In this document: positions 29,445-39,431 of the stretch, piece after piece | How the letters are laid out: the number at the start of each line of letters is the position of its first letter | How positions within the stretch are numbered: position 1 is the stretch's first letter | From: a virus | Taxonomy: Duplodnaviria; Caudoviricetes | Length of the DNA stretch: 64,000 bases | Direction: 5' to 3' (one strand) | Virus record (IMG/VR): IMGVR_UViG_3300033067_002132 | Location: 64,001 to 128,000 of that record | Made by a program: the position numbers and the translations under genes | Notes under the pieces: generated by a model | What the model was told of the DNA's origin: nothing | Databases searched by the model: none | The model's input: only the letters and a program-made list of their open reading frames with translations

Positions 29445-31329
29445 TAAGTATATGTTTTACGCACCCGATAAATATAAAAAAGAATGTGTTAATTTAAATG
29501 ATATTTATTATCAACTTCAGGGAACTTTAGAAGATAAAGAAGCAAAAATTACTTTAGCTAGATTTCTAAGACAAAATCTTGGATTAACAACATATTTACT
29601 TACAGGAATTCAGTTAGCACCTTATCAAGAACTAACATTAAAAGGATTTTTTAATCGTAATTTTTCAATGTGTGTTTGGGGTCGTGGTTGCGCGAAAAGT
29701 TTTATATCTTCTGTTTATTGTATTTTACAATGTTTATTTGAACCAAATACTAATATTTTAATTGCGGGTCCTACATTTAGAACCTCTCGTTTCATTTTTG
29801 AAAAAATAGAACAGATAGCTTCTTCTCCTAACGCGCAATTATTAGCCCAATGTTTTACTCAAAAAAGTATTCGTCGAAATGATTTATTTGAATGGAAAAT
29901 TAATGGCGGATCTATTAAAGCTATTCCATTAAATGGTGAAAAAATTCGTGGTTTTCGTGCTAATATATTAATTCTTGACGAGTTTTTATTACTTCCTGAA
30001 GAAATAGTTAAAACCGTATTAATGCCTTTCTTAGTAGCCCCTCAAAATATTAGTGAACGTATTAAAATACGTAAATTAGAAGATGCCTTAATTAAAAAGG
30101 GTAAAATGAAAGAATCAGAGCGTCGTAAATTTACATCTAATGTAAAAATGATCGCTCTTTCATCCGCGAGTTTTACCTTTGAAAATCTTTATAAAGTTTA
30201 TAGTGATTGGGTACATAAAATATATAAAGATCCTAAAGATACTTCTAAAGAAGAAGAGGAAGAAAACGAATTAATTAAAAATTCTACTTATTTCGTTTCT
30301 CAATTAAGTTATAAAGCTATTCCTGAAGAATTAATAGATAAAACTATTATCGATGAAGCAAAATCGGGCGGATCTGATGCTATTTTTCAACGAGAATACG
30401 AAGCTCAATTTACTGATGGAAGTGAAAGTTATTTTAGCTTTAAAAAAATGATAGAATGTACTTTTAAATTAGGCGAATCTCCACACGCTAAATTAATAGG
30501 AGATAGCGATAAAAAATATATTCTTTCTATTGATCCTAGTTTTAGTAATAGCCCAACTTCTGATTTTTTTGCTATGTCTGTTTTTGAATTAAATGAAGAA
30601 AATAAGACAGGGACACTTGTACATTCTTATGCTAAAGCAGGAACAGATTTAAAATTCCATATTGAATATTTTTATTATTTAATTAAAAGTTTTAATATTG
30701 TAATGATTTTATCTGATAATGCAGATGGAAATTTTATACAAAGTGCCAATGAATCTAAAACATTTAAAGATAATCATATAAAATATGAGTTCGTAGAATT
30801 TGAAAGTGAATTAGAAGGACAAGAATACGAAAGAGAATTACAAAAAGCAAAGAAAGATTATAATTTAGAAGGTCGTAAAATTTGTTTTAAACAAGTTTTT
30901 ACTCAAAACTTTATTCGCCGATCCAATGAATTATTACAAACGAATATAGATAGAAAAAGAATCTTTTTCGCGTCTAATATTAATGGTAATGAAGTGGCTT
31001 TTGAAAAAGAAACACAAGCAGATATTAATTTAACCACAATAGGAGAAGAATTTTTAAGTGAAATTATAGATAATGTTGATTCTAACATTTATGGTACAAA
31101 AAAAGAATGTTCTTTAATTGAAGTTAAAACAAATCCACAAGGAAATCAAACTTTTGATTTACCTTTAAATTTGAAAAAGAATAAATCACCCAATAGAGCG
31201 AGAAAAGATAGATATACTGCATTATTATTAGGAAATTGGGCTATTAAATGTTATTATGAAATAATGGGCTTTCAAGCTCAAAAACAAGTTTTTGATTTTG
31301 AACCTTTTATGATAGATCAAGCTAAATGA
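29437..31329 (+). CDS. terL: Terminase large subunit
   Basis: Walker A GRGCAKS, IRGFRANILILDE, FQREYEAQF, nuclease motifs SIDPS and KDRYTA. Confidence 0.9.
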   Translation: MVNKYMFYAPDKYKKECVNLNDIYYQLQGTLEDKEAKITLARFLRQNLGLTTYLLTGIQLAPYQELTLKGFFNRNFSMCVWGRGCAKSFISSVYCILQCLFEPNTNILIAGPTFRTSRFIFEKIEQIASSPNAQLLAQCFTQKSIRRNDLFEWKINGGSIKAIPLNGEKIRGFRANILILDEFLLLPEEIVKTVLMPFLVAPQNISERIKIRKLEDALIKKGKMKESERRKFTSNVKMIALSSASFTFENLYKVYSDWVHKIYKDPKDTSKEEEEENELIKNSTYFVSQLSYKAIPEELIDKTIIDEAKSGGSDAIFQREYEAQFTDGSESYFSFKKMIECTFKLGESPHAKLIGDSDKKYILSIDPSFSNSPTSDFFAMSVFELNEENKTGTLVHSYAKAGTDLKFHIEYFYYLIKSFNIVMILSDNADGNFIQSANESKTFKDNHIKYEFVEFESELEGQEYERELQKAKKDYNLEGRKICFKQVFTQNFIRRSNELLQTNIDRKRIFFASNINGNEVAFEKETQADINLTTIGEEFLSEIIDNVDSNIYGTKKECSLIEVKTNPQGNQTFDLPLNLKKNKSPNRARKDRYTALLLGNWAIKCYYEIMGFQAQKQVFDFEPFMIDQAK

Positions 31330-32270
31330 ACGAAAAATGTTTAATTTGTTATAAAGATATTAATAATGATGGCCATTTTTGGAAAGAACATCGTATTAAG
31401 ATAGAGAATTATTATTATCAATATATTCCTAATAAAGATTTATATACAAAAGAACAAATACCATTTAAATCAAGAGAACAATATTTATTAAATAATTTTA
31501 TAAATAGAAGTAATCTTTCTAAGTATTTAAATGAATTATCAGAAAATGATGCGAAAAAATTCTGTTTAGATCTTTTAATTAAAAGAAAAGAAATCAAAAA
31601 TTTAATTTGGACTCCTACTCAAACCGAACTTAAAAGTCTTATTTTTCCTACTATATTAACATATAATAGATTATTTAAAGAAGGATATTATCAATTATGT
31701 GCTGATAATAATTTTACTAATAAATTCGAAAATCCTAATTTTAAACATCTCGTTAGTAATCCAGAATATAATGATAGGGCGCATCATATTATTATTGATA
31801 GTAGAGAACAAACACCATTAAGATTTAAAGATTTTCCTATTCAAGTAAGCAAACTAGAATATGGGGATTATGGGTTTTCTAATAGTAAATGCTCTTTATA
31901 TACGTATGTAGAAAGAAAAAATGTCGTTGATTTTATTTCTACATTGTCTTCGGGATATGAAAGATTTATTAAAGAAATTGAAAGAGCTTATAATGATGGG
32001 GCTCACTTAATAATTTTAATAGAATCTAAATTAAGTTATGTTCTTAATTTTAATTATTCTAAATGGTTAAATAAATTTGTAAGAGCAAATCCTGATTTTA
32101 TTTTTCACAGAGTAAGAGAATTATGTCAAAATTACCCTAATATTCAATTCGTTTTTGTTGATGGAGTAGATGAAGCATCTAAATTAACTAAATTAATATT
32201 AACGAGTGATGGTCTTTGTAGAAAAATAGACGTGCAATACGCTATAGACGCAGGATTAATAAATTTTTAA
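31326..32270 (+). CDS. ERCC4-domain nuclease with an N-terminal Zn finger
   Basis: IIDSREQ..GDY..VERK..DF..ERF..EIERA. Confidence 0.85.
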   Translation: MNEKCLICYKDINNDGHFWKEHRIKIENYYYQYIPNKDLYTKEQIPFKSREQYLLNNFINRSNLSKYLNELSENDAKKFCLDLLIKRKEIKNLIWTPTQTELKSLIFPTILTYNRLFKEGYYQLCADNNFTNKFENPNFKHLVSNPEYNDRAHHIIIDSREQTPLRFKDFPIQVSKLEYGDYGFSNSKCSLYTYVERKNVVDFISTLSSGYERFIKEIERAYNDGAHLIILIESKLSYVLNFNYSKWLNKFVRANPDFIFHRVRELCQNYPNIQFVFVDGVDEASKLTKLILTSDGLCRKIDVQYAIDAGLINF

Positions 32271-32310
32271 TATTTTTAATACTTTTAATAAAATTTGTGT
32301 AATATATTTT

Positions 32311-34353
32311 ATGAAAAAGTTTAGTTCTTGGGCAAAAGAAAATAATGTAAATTATCATACAGCCTATTATTGGTACAAAAATAATAAGCTTCCTGAGAAC
32401 GTTATTGTTAAATCTAATCCAGGAGGATCTTTATATGTTTTAGATGCTACCACAAAAACAGAGGAAACAAAAGAATCTTTTTTAACAAAAGCATTAGAAG
32501 AACCAGGTTTTATAGAACCAAAAATGACTGCTTTTGCTAGTGAAGACGGAAGTAGAAGAAATAGAGCGGCTACGATTATTAAAACCGATCAATACGCCAA
32601 TATTGATAAAGGTATTTTACCATTTAATAGTAGAGGTAACTATAATAATCAAAATAATATTAATATAAATGATATTATTATATTATGTCAAAAAGCATAT
32701 TATAATTTTGCAATTTTTCGAAATGTAATTGATTTAATGACAGAATTTACTGTTAGCGATTTATATTTCAAGGGTGGAAATGAGAAAGCAAGGGCATTTT
32801 TTAAATCTTTATTTAGTAAAATCGATATGTTTGATTTACAAGATCGATTTTTTAGAGAATATTATAGATCAGGAAATGTTTTTGTTCATAGATTAGATTC
32901 TTTATTACAGCCCTCCGATGTTAGGCAGATTACTACGATTTATGGAGCGGAAGCTTTAAAAGAAGAGGGTATAAGATTACCGGCAAATTATATTATTTTA
33001 AATCCTGCCGATATTCAATCTTTTGGAAGTGTCTCTTATATTAATAGTCAATATGTAAAAATATTGAATCCTTATGAAATAGAAAAATTAAAAAATCCCA
33101 AAACACAAGAAGAAATAGATTTTTTTAATGCTTTACCCACAGACGTACAATCTAAAATTAAAACATCTAGTTCTTTAGAAATAGCAATACCATTAGATAA
33201 AGAAAAAATTTCTGCTATTTTTTACAAAAAACAAGATTATGAACCTATGGCTGTTCCATTAGGTTATCCTGTATTAAGAGATATTAATTGGAAAGAAGAA
33301 TTAAAAAATATAGATTCGGCTATCTCTAGAACAATACAACAAGTAGTTTTATTAATTACTGTAGGACAAGAATTAAAAGATGGAACTGTTCATATTAATC
33401 AAAAACAAATAAATACAATTAATGAAATGTTCCAAAATGAATCTGTAGGAAGAGTTTTCGTTTCTGATTTTACTACAAAGGCTCAATTCGTAATTCCTCA
33501 AATTGGAGATATTTTAGATCCAAAAAAATATGAAGTAGTTAATGAAGATATTAGATTAGGATTAAATAATATTTTAGTTGGTGATGCTAAATTTGCGAAT
33601 CAACAAGTTGCTACAAAAGTTTTTATAGAAAGATTAAAACACGCCAGAAAAGCTTTTAAAAGTCAATTTTTATTACCTGAAATTAAAAGAATTTCTAAAT
33701 TATTAGGATTTAAAAATTTTCCTACTCCTTATTTTACTGGTTTCTCATTAGACGATAAAGTTGAATGGGCGCGTATTTATAATCGATTAGCAGAAGTAGG
33801 TATTTTAACCGCAGAAGAAACGGTTCGTGCAATAGAAGATGGACGTTTACCTAGTCCAGAAGAATCTGTTACCTCTCAAGAAGAATATAAAAAATATCGA
33901 GATAAAGAGCTTTATACTCCTCTTATTGGTGGTGGAAATAAAGATCAACAATCTATCGCAGGAAGACCTGCCGGTACAAAAAAACCAATTAAAAATAAAA
34001 AGGTAGGACCTGTAGGTGCTTCTGAAAAAGAAGAACAACAAACATATAGTGTTTCTAAACTTAAAGATTTAGTTATTCAAACTGCTAATCTAAATAATAA
34101 AATTATAGAAGAAGTAAAATCAAAATATAAATTAGAAAAATTAAATGATAAACAAATACAAATTTGTGAAGATATTACTAATGTAATTATTGCTAATGAA
34201 AAACCTTTAGATTGGTTTACAAAAACAAATTTATATATTGAAAATCCAGTTGATCATAATCCCGATCAAGTTATAGAAATTAATTCTTTAATGCAAGATC
34301 ATGGTCTTAATCAATATATGGCAACATTAATGTATCATAGTAAAAAGGACTAA
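32311..34353 (+). CDS. Portal protein with an N-terminal IS607-like HTH
   Basis: Downstream of terL; AIFRNVIDLM, REYYRSGNVF, ILNP; C-terminal GRPAG motif. Confidence 0.8.
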   Translation: MKKFSSWAKENNVNYHTAYYWYKNNKLPENVIVKSNPGGSLYVLDATTKTEETKESFLTKALEEPGFIEPKMTAFASEDGSRRNRAATIIKTDQYANIDKGILPFNSRGNYNNQNNININDIIILCQKAYYNFAIFRNVIDLMTEFTVSDLYFKGGNEKARAFFKSLFSKIDMFDLQDRFFREYYRSGNVFVHRLDSLLQPSDVRQITTIYGAEALKEEGIRLPANYIILNPADIQSFGSVSYINSQYVKILNPYEIEKLKNPKTQEEIDFFNALPTDVQSKIKTSSSLEIAIPLDKEKISAIFYKKQDYEPMAVPLGYPVLRDINWKEELKNIDSAISRTIQQVVLLITVGQELKDGTVHINQKQINTINEMFQNESVGRVFVSDFTTKAQFVIPQIGDILDPKKYEVVNEDIRLGLNNILVGDAKFANQQVATKVFIERLKHARKAFKSQFLLPEIKRISKLLGFKNFPTPYFTGFSLDDKVEWARIYNRLAEVGILTAEETVRAIEDGRLPSPEESVTSQEEYKKYRDKELYTPLIGGGNKDQQSIAGRPAGTKKPIKNKKVGPVGASEKEEQQTYSVSKLKDLVIQTANLNNKIIEEVKSKYKLEKLNDKQIQICEDITNVIIANEKPLDWFTKTNLYIENPVDHNPDQVIEINSLMQDHGLNQYMATLMYHSKKD

Positions 34354-35783
34354 TGTCAAGAAATAGGACAATTTATAATGTGGAGGCTTTGTATGTAGGT
34401 CCCGCGCCTGATACTGGATATCATTTTATTGATTATAGTGGATTTTTTAATAATGAATGTACTTTAAACAGTTATAGTGTTAATTTAATTAAACATTTAC
34501 CAAGAGTACAAAATGTTTCTTACAATATAGAAGCAGGAAGAGTAAACATATTAGAATTAGGAAAAAGATCGACAATTAAAAGACAAATTTTTGATCCTCC
34601 TGATATTAAATTAAATTTTGAATATATCCAAGTAGGAGTATTAAATGAATTAAGATTAGGATTTTATTGTAATTATCCAAGAAATTATTCTCCATATTTT
34701 GGTATTCCTTATTATGAAGATACATATAATGTTTGTTCTATAAATGGTTTTATTATTAGAACCGATGAAAAAGAACAAAATGAAATTCGTTGGCCATATT
34801 TATATAGAGATAAAAGAAATCTTTTTGTAGCGGTAAATCAAAATCAACTAGATTTAAAAACAGGAAATACTTATTATGAAATCGATTCGAACGCGAAAAA
34901 TTGGGGTGTTTATGCGTTTGGTGGATGTTATATTACTAATTATTCTACTTCGGCTTCTGTTGGAGATTTTCCTAGAGTTAATGTTTCATATACTGCGGAT
35001 AATTTAAAATTTTATTCTAGTGGAAGTGGCGTAGATATTCCCGCTGTTAATACAAAAACATATAGTGGAATATCTGGTGTAAAATTTGCATTGCCTAGTC
35101 CTGTAGATGGTACTTTATTACCATCATGTTTATTACCAGGAGATATTACTTTAGATATTTATTCTAAATCACAAAGAACAGGTATTCCTGCTTTACAAGG
35201 AGGATTATATTTAGACATAGAACCTAGTCAAGATTCTTTTATTAGTAATTTTGGATCAGATTTTTCTGATTTAAAAATTCAATCTTATACAATAGATTTA
35301 TCATTAGAAAGAAGATCGTTAAAATCTTTTGGATATAAATTATCTACTGATAAAATTATTACCTTTCCTTTATTTATTAATACTTCTTTTACTGCTTTAG
35401 TAGGAGATATAGGTACGGGATCAATTGAAAATTTAATTAAACAAGATAAAGATTATTTTATATCTATTAATTTAAAAAATCCATTAAATAAAGGAGAAGT
35501 TTCTAAAGGAATTGCGGTTAAATATGATTTTAAAAAATCAAAATTTGTTTCTATTAATTATGATGCAGGAATAGGTAGAAATAAATCTGTAACTTTTAAT
35601 TATGTTACTGAAATCGATCCTGATGATTTAAGTAAAGGATTTTTTATTAGTGGTCTTTTAAATACAGATATTACAGGAATTTCACAATTACCATATGATG
35701 AATGGGTTACAGAATTAGGAGAAAATGTTGTAACAGAAACTAGTGAAAATATAGTAGTTGGATCATATGTTGTATTTTATTAA
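34353..35783 (+). CDS. Tail-tube-like protein (paralog of 51915-53072)
   Basis: MSRNRTIYNVEALYVGPAP vs MPRNRTIYQCESVYAGPSP; shared PGDITL, FSD[LI]KIQSY, IGxNKSVT. Confidence 0.8.
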   Translation: MSRNRTIYNVEALYVGPAPDTGYHFIDYSGFFNNECTLNSYSVNLIKHLPRVQNVSYNIEAGRVNILELGKRSTIKRQIFDPPDIKLNFEYIQVGVLNELRLGFYCNYPRNYSPYFGIPYYEDTYNVCSINGFIIRTDEKEQNEIRWPYLYRDKRNLFVAVNQNQLDLKTGNTYYEIDSNAKNWGVYAFGGCYITNYSTSASVGDFPRVNVSYTADNLKFYSSGSGVDIPAVNTKTYSGISGVKFALPSPVDGTLLPSCLLPGDITLDIYSKSQRTGIPALQGGLYLDIEPSQDSFISNFGSDFSDLKIQSYTIDLSLERRSLKSFGYKLSTDKIITFPLFINTSFTALVGDIGTGSIENLIKQDKDYFISINLKNPLNKGEVSKGIAVKYDFKKSKFVSINYDAGIGRNKSVTFNYVTEIDPDDLSKGFFISGLLNTDITGISQLPYDEWVTELGENVVTETSENIVVGSYVVFY

Positions 35784-35810
35784 AGAAATGTGTAATTATA
35801 TATAAGGTAT

Positions 35811-38525
35811 ATGGCAAAAAACATTAGTCAATTTATAACATGCTCTCTTTTAGCTACAGGAGATTTTTTAGCTTCATGGGTAAGCGGTCAAACTTGTAAA
35901 CCAACAACAGATGTTTTAGCTAAATGTTTAGATTTAAATTATTTTCGTACAGAAACTAATCCAGTTAGTTATTCAGGTGAATTAAATCTTCCATTTAGAA
36001 TGTTTAGAATATTTTTAGGAAATACTCTTATTTCGGGTGGAAATTTAGTTGTTAATTCAAATACTGGTTTATTTGTTAAACTTTTAGGTGGATATCAAGC
36101 AGGAAATCAAGCGTCAGGTTTATATTCTTCTGTTTTAGCAGGTACAGGAAACCAAGCGAATACTCCTAATTGTGTTATTGTCGGTGGATCTAATAATTTA
36201 ACAAGAGCTACAGGAAATTTTATAGGAAACGGATTCAGTAATAGTGCTTCTGGAATGTATTCTTCCGTATTAAATGGAGAAGGTAATATTGTAGAAGGAA
36301 GATCAGCAAGCGTTTTAGGTGGAAATTCTAATACCGTATATGCTAATTATACAGTTATTGGAGGGGGTAATAGTAATACAATCGGTTTAAATTCACAAAA
36401 ATCTGCTATTTTAGGAGGTTCTTTTAATACAGTCGCGGCTAGTTCTACTGATTCATGTATTGTCGGTGGTGATCAAAATAGAGTTTTTGGAACGGCATCT
36501 ATTATAATAGGTGGAGAATCTCATATTTTAAGTGGACAATTTAATATGATTGGTGCTGGACTTGATAATGAAATAGGTTGTAGTGGAAACGTTAATTATT
36601 CTTTTATTGGAGCGGGAAGTAGAAATACTATTAAATCAGGAAATCATAGTGTTATTTGTGGTGGATTTAGTAATAGTATTTTAAATCATTATGGTTTTAT
36701 AGGTGGAGGAACAGGAAATTTAATAGGAAAATTAAATGATCCAACTGGTGGATATTTTTCTGCTATTATTGCAGGATCTAATAATACTATTACTGGATTA
36801 AATTCTACTATTGCGGGTGGAAGTGGTAATTCTATTGGTAATTATAATTCTTTTATTGGTGGGGGTGTTAATAATATTATTACTAATAATGGAAATATTT
36901 TTAGTTTAACATCTTGTTTTATTGGTGGTGGTGATTATAATACGATAAATACGGATCAGTCCGCCTTTATTGGAATAGGAACATTACATGTTATTAGTGG
37001 TGGATATTCGGCAATTGTTTGTGGAGATCAAAATAAAATATATAGTTTTGCATCTTTTATTGGAGGTGGACAGGCGAATAAAATTTCTGGAGATTATGCT
37101 TCAATAGTAGGAGGTAGTAATAATAGAATAGCAACAGGAACAACGGTTAGTAATTCATTTATCGGTGGTGGAGAAGATAATTTAATTTTAGGTTTTGATT
37201 CAGCTATTGTTTGTGGTTCATCAAATTATGCAACAGGAAATTTTTCATTTATAGGTGGCGGACAAGGAAATTCCGTAGGATTAAATTCTTCTGTTATGGG
37301 CGGAACTTTAAATAATGCTCAGGGAGATTCAAATTTTATAGGTGGTGGATATAGTAATATTAGTAATGGAAGTTATGCTATTATTTTAGGTGGATATTTA
37401 AATACTTGTGTTGGATATACTAGTCTTATTGTTGGTGGGGAATCTAATAAAGTTTTAAATAATTATAGTATTATTAATGGAGGATCTTCTAATTTAATTA
37501 CAGGAACATTTTCGAATATTTTAGGCGGACAAAGTAATACAATTTTAAGTAGGTATAGTTTAATAGGTGGTGGTTATTCAAATAAAATAGGATTAGATAA
37601 TTCTTGTATTCTTGGAGGAGATACAAATTATATTACAGGAAAGTTTAATTCTACAGGAAAATATTCTTTTATTGGTGGTGGAAGTAATAATAGAATATAT
37701 GAAACAGAATCAGTTATTTTAGGAGGAAATAGTAATACTATTTTAACCGGACAATCTACTATATTAGGTGGATATAATAATACTTTATTTTCTAGATACG
37801 GGTTTATTGGAGGAGGATATAATAATGTTGTTAGTGGAAGAACAACTCTTTCTGAAGGAATGACAATTGTAGGTGGAAATGGAAATTCTATTACAGGTAT
37901 TAGTTATTATTCATTTATTGGGAATGGATTTAATAATAAAATATCTTCAAGTTCTCAGTCTTTTATAGGTTGTGGTTTTAATAATTTAATTACAGGTGGT
38001 ACATATAATTTAATTGTAGGTGGATATTTAAATAATATAAATTCAGGGCAAAATAGTCTTATTGTTGGTGGATCTCAAAATATTATTAGTAAATCAAATT
38101 ATAGTTCCGTTTTAGGTGGTAATAATAATAGTATTTATCAAGGATCTAATTTTTCTTTTATTTTAGGAGGTCAAGATTGTTCTATTTATTCCGGAAATTA
38201 TTCTATAGCAGGAGGACAAAATGCAACAGTTTCAGGAGATAATACTATAGCATTAGGTAGAAGTACAAATATTATACATGAAGGTGCTGTTATTATTGCA
38301 GATGGAACGCCTCTTGTCAAAACTAGCGTAAGAACGAATTCAATGTTATTATATTTTGCGGGTGGAGTTTTTATCACAGGGGGTCATTTATTTGTAGATT
38401 CTGGTGCGGCCCCCGCTACCACAGGTGCCGCAGGAAAAGTTGGAGAAATCGCCTTTGATGGTAATTATATGTACTATTGTGTTTCAGGAAATTCTTGGAA
38501 AAGAACTACTTTATCTACTTGGTAA
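35811..38525 (+). CDS. Gly-repeat beta-solenoid fibre/spike protein
   Basis: Many ~15-aa SxIxGGxxN repeats; C-terminal GEIAFDGNYMYYC..WKRTTLSTW. Confidence 0.8.
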   Translation: MAKNISQFITCSLLATGDFLASWVSGQTCKPTTDVLAKCLDLNYFRTETNPVSYSGELNLPFRMFRIFLGNTLISGGNLVVNSNTGLFVKLLGGYQAGNQASGLYSSVLAGTGNQANTPNCVIVGGSNNLTRATGNFIGNGFSNSASGMYSSVLNGEGNIVEGRSASVLGGNSNTVYANYTVIGGGNSNTIGLNSQKSAILGGSFNTVAASSTDSCIVGGDQNRVFGTASIIIGGESHILSGQFNMIGAGLDNEIGCSGNVNYSFIGAGSRNTIKSGNHSVICGGFSNSILNHYGFIGGGTGNLIGKLNDPTGGYFSAIIAGSNNTITGLNSTIAGGSGNSIGNYNSFIGGGVNNIITNNGNIFSLTSCFIGGGDYNTINTDQSAFIGIGTLHVISGGYSAIVCGDQNKIYSFASFIGGGQANKISGDYASIVGGSNNRIATGTTVSNSFIGGGEDNLILGFDSAIVCGSSNYATGNFSFIGGGQGNSVGLNSSVMGGTLNNAQGDSNFIGGGYSNISNGSYAIILGGYLNTCVGYTSLIVGGESNKVLNNYSIINGGSSNLITGTFSNILGGQSNTILSRYSLIGGGYSNKIGLDNSCILGGDTNYITGKFNSTGKYSFIGGGSNNRIYETESVILGGNSNTILTGQSTILGGYNNTLFSRYGFIGGGYNNVVSGRTTLSEGMTIVGGNGNSITGISYYSFIGNGFNNKISSSSQSFIGCGFNNLITGGTYNLIVGGYLNNINSGQNSLIVGGSQNIISKSNYSSVLGGNNNSIYQGSNFSFILGGQDCSIYSGNYSIAGGQNATVSGDNTIALGRSTNIIHEGAVIIADGTPLVKTSVRTNSMLLYFAGGVFITGGHLFVDSGAAPATTGAAGKVGEIAFDGNYMYYCVSGNSWKRTTLSTW

Positions 38526-38531
38526 TATATT

Positions 38532-39431
38532 ATGTCTAAAATTATTAGTTACAAATGTTCTATATTAAAAGGAACAAAAAGAATTATTAGTGCCTCACAT
38601 GTAGATTGGTCTAAAATAAGACCAGCGAGTTATTTAAAAATAAAAGGAAATCCAATTACTTTTGATATTCAAAAAATTAGAGAAAATATTTTTCTTTTTG
38701 ATTTTGAAGTAATTCATCCTAAAAAAATACAATTAAAATCACCATTTGGAGAATATTTTATTAATGATGATTTATTAGAAATCTATTTTATTCAATATGA
38801 ATTAGCTGGATTAATTTCTATAATAGATGGAGGAAGTCATTATAAAGAAAATGATATTGTATATGTAGAAGGAGGAAGCGTATCAATAGATAAGAATTTA
38901 AATAAAGAGAATTATACTTCTTTTAGAGTTTTATCTGTAGATGAAAATGGAAAAATTTTAATGTTAGGATTAGAATCTAAAGGATTATATAATATTCCAC
39001 CATCTCAAACATCTAATTTAATTCAGGGAAATGGTAAAAATGCCGTTATATCTTTAAGATATATAGAAAAAGAAAATAAATCTTTTCTTGAGCAAAATAT
39101 TAAAATAGTAGAAAGAGTTAAATTAGAAAATAAATATAATGTTTATTTACATTTAGAATATCCTCTTCCATCTGGTTTAAAAACAGGAAGTATTTCTACA
39201 AGAAAATGGGAAATTTTATTATCTCAAGAATATACTGAAGAAGATTTATTTAATGTTGATTGTGAAATTATAAATGATTTTACCCCAAATTTTAGATTAC
39301 CTATTTTATTACAAAATAGTTTATCTAAAGAAACAGTAGTAAATAAAAGTTTTACTATTATTGATTACGAATTGGCGCTCCTTAAAGATAGAATACAAAA
39401 ATTAGAAGAAAAATTATCTAGCATTAGCTAA
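38532..39431 (+). CDS. Hypothetical, probably virion-associated
   Basis: ORF track; IIDGGSHY..GLY..G.G beta motif. Confidence 0.55.
   Translation: MSKIISYKCSILKGTKRIISASHVDWSKIRPASYLKIKGNPITFDIQKIRENIFLFDFEVIHPKKIQLKSPFGEYFINDDLLEIYFIQYELAGLISIIDGGSHYKENDIVYVEGGSVSIDKNLNKENYTSFRVLSVDENGKILMLGLESKGLYNIPPSQTSNLIQGNGKNAVISLRYIEKENKSFLEQNIKIVERVKLENKYNVYLHLEYPLPSGLKTGSISTRKWEILLSQEYTEEDLFNVDCEIINDFTPNFRLPILLQNSLSKETVVNKSFTIIDYELALLKDRIQKLEEKLSSIS

Noticed and set aside
32311-32445. Intact IS607 element
   Set aside because: Only the HTH is present; there is no serine-recombinase domain or TnpB.
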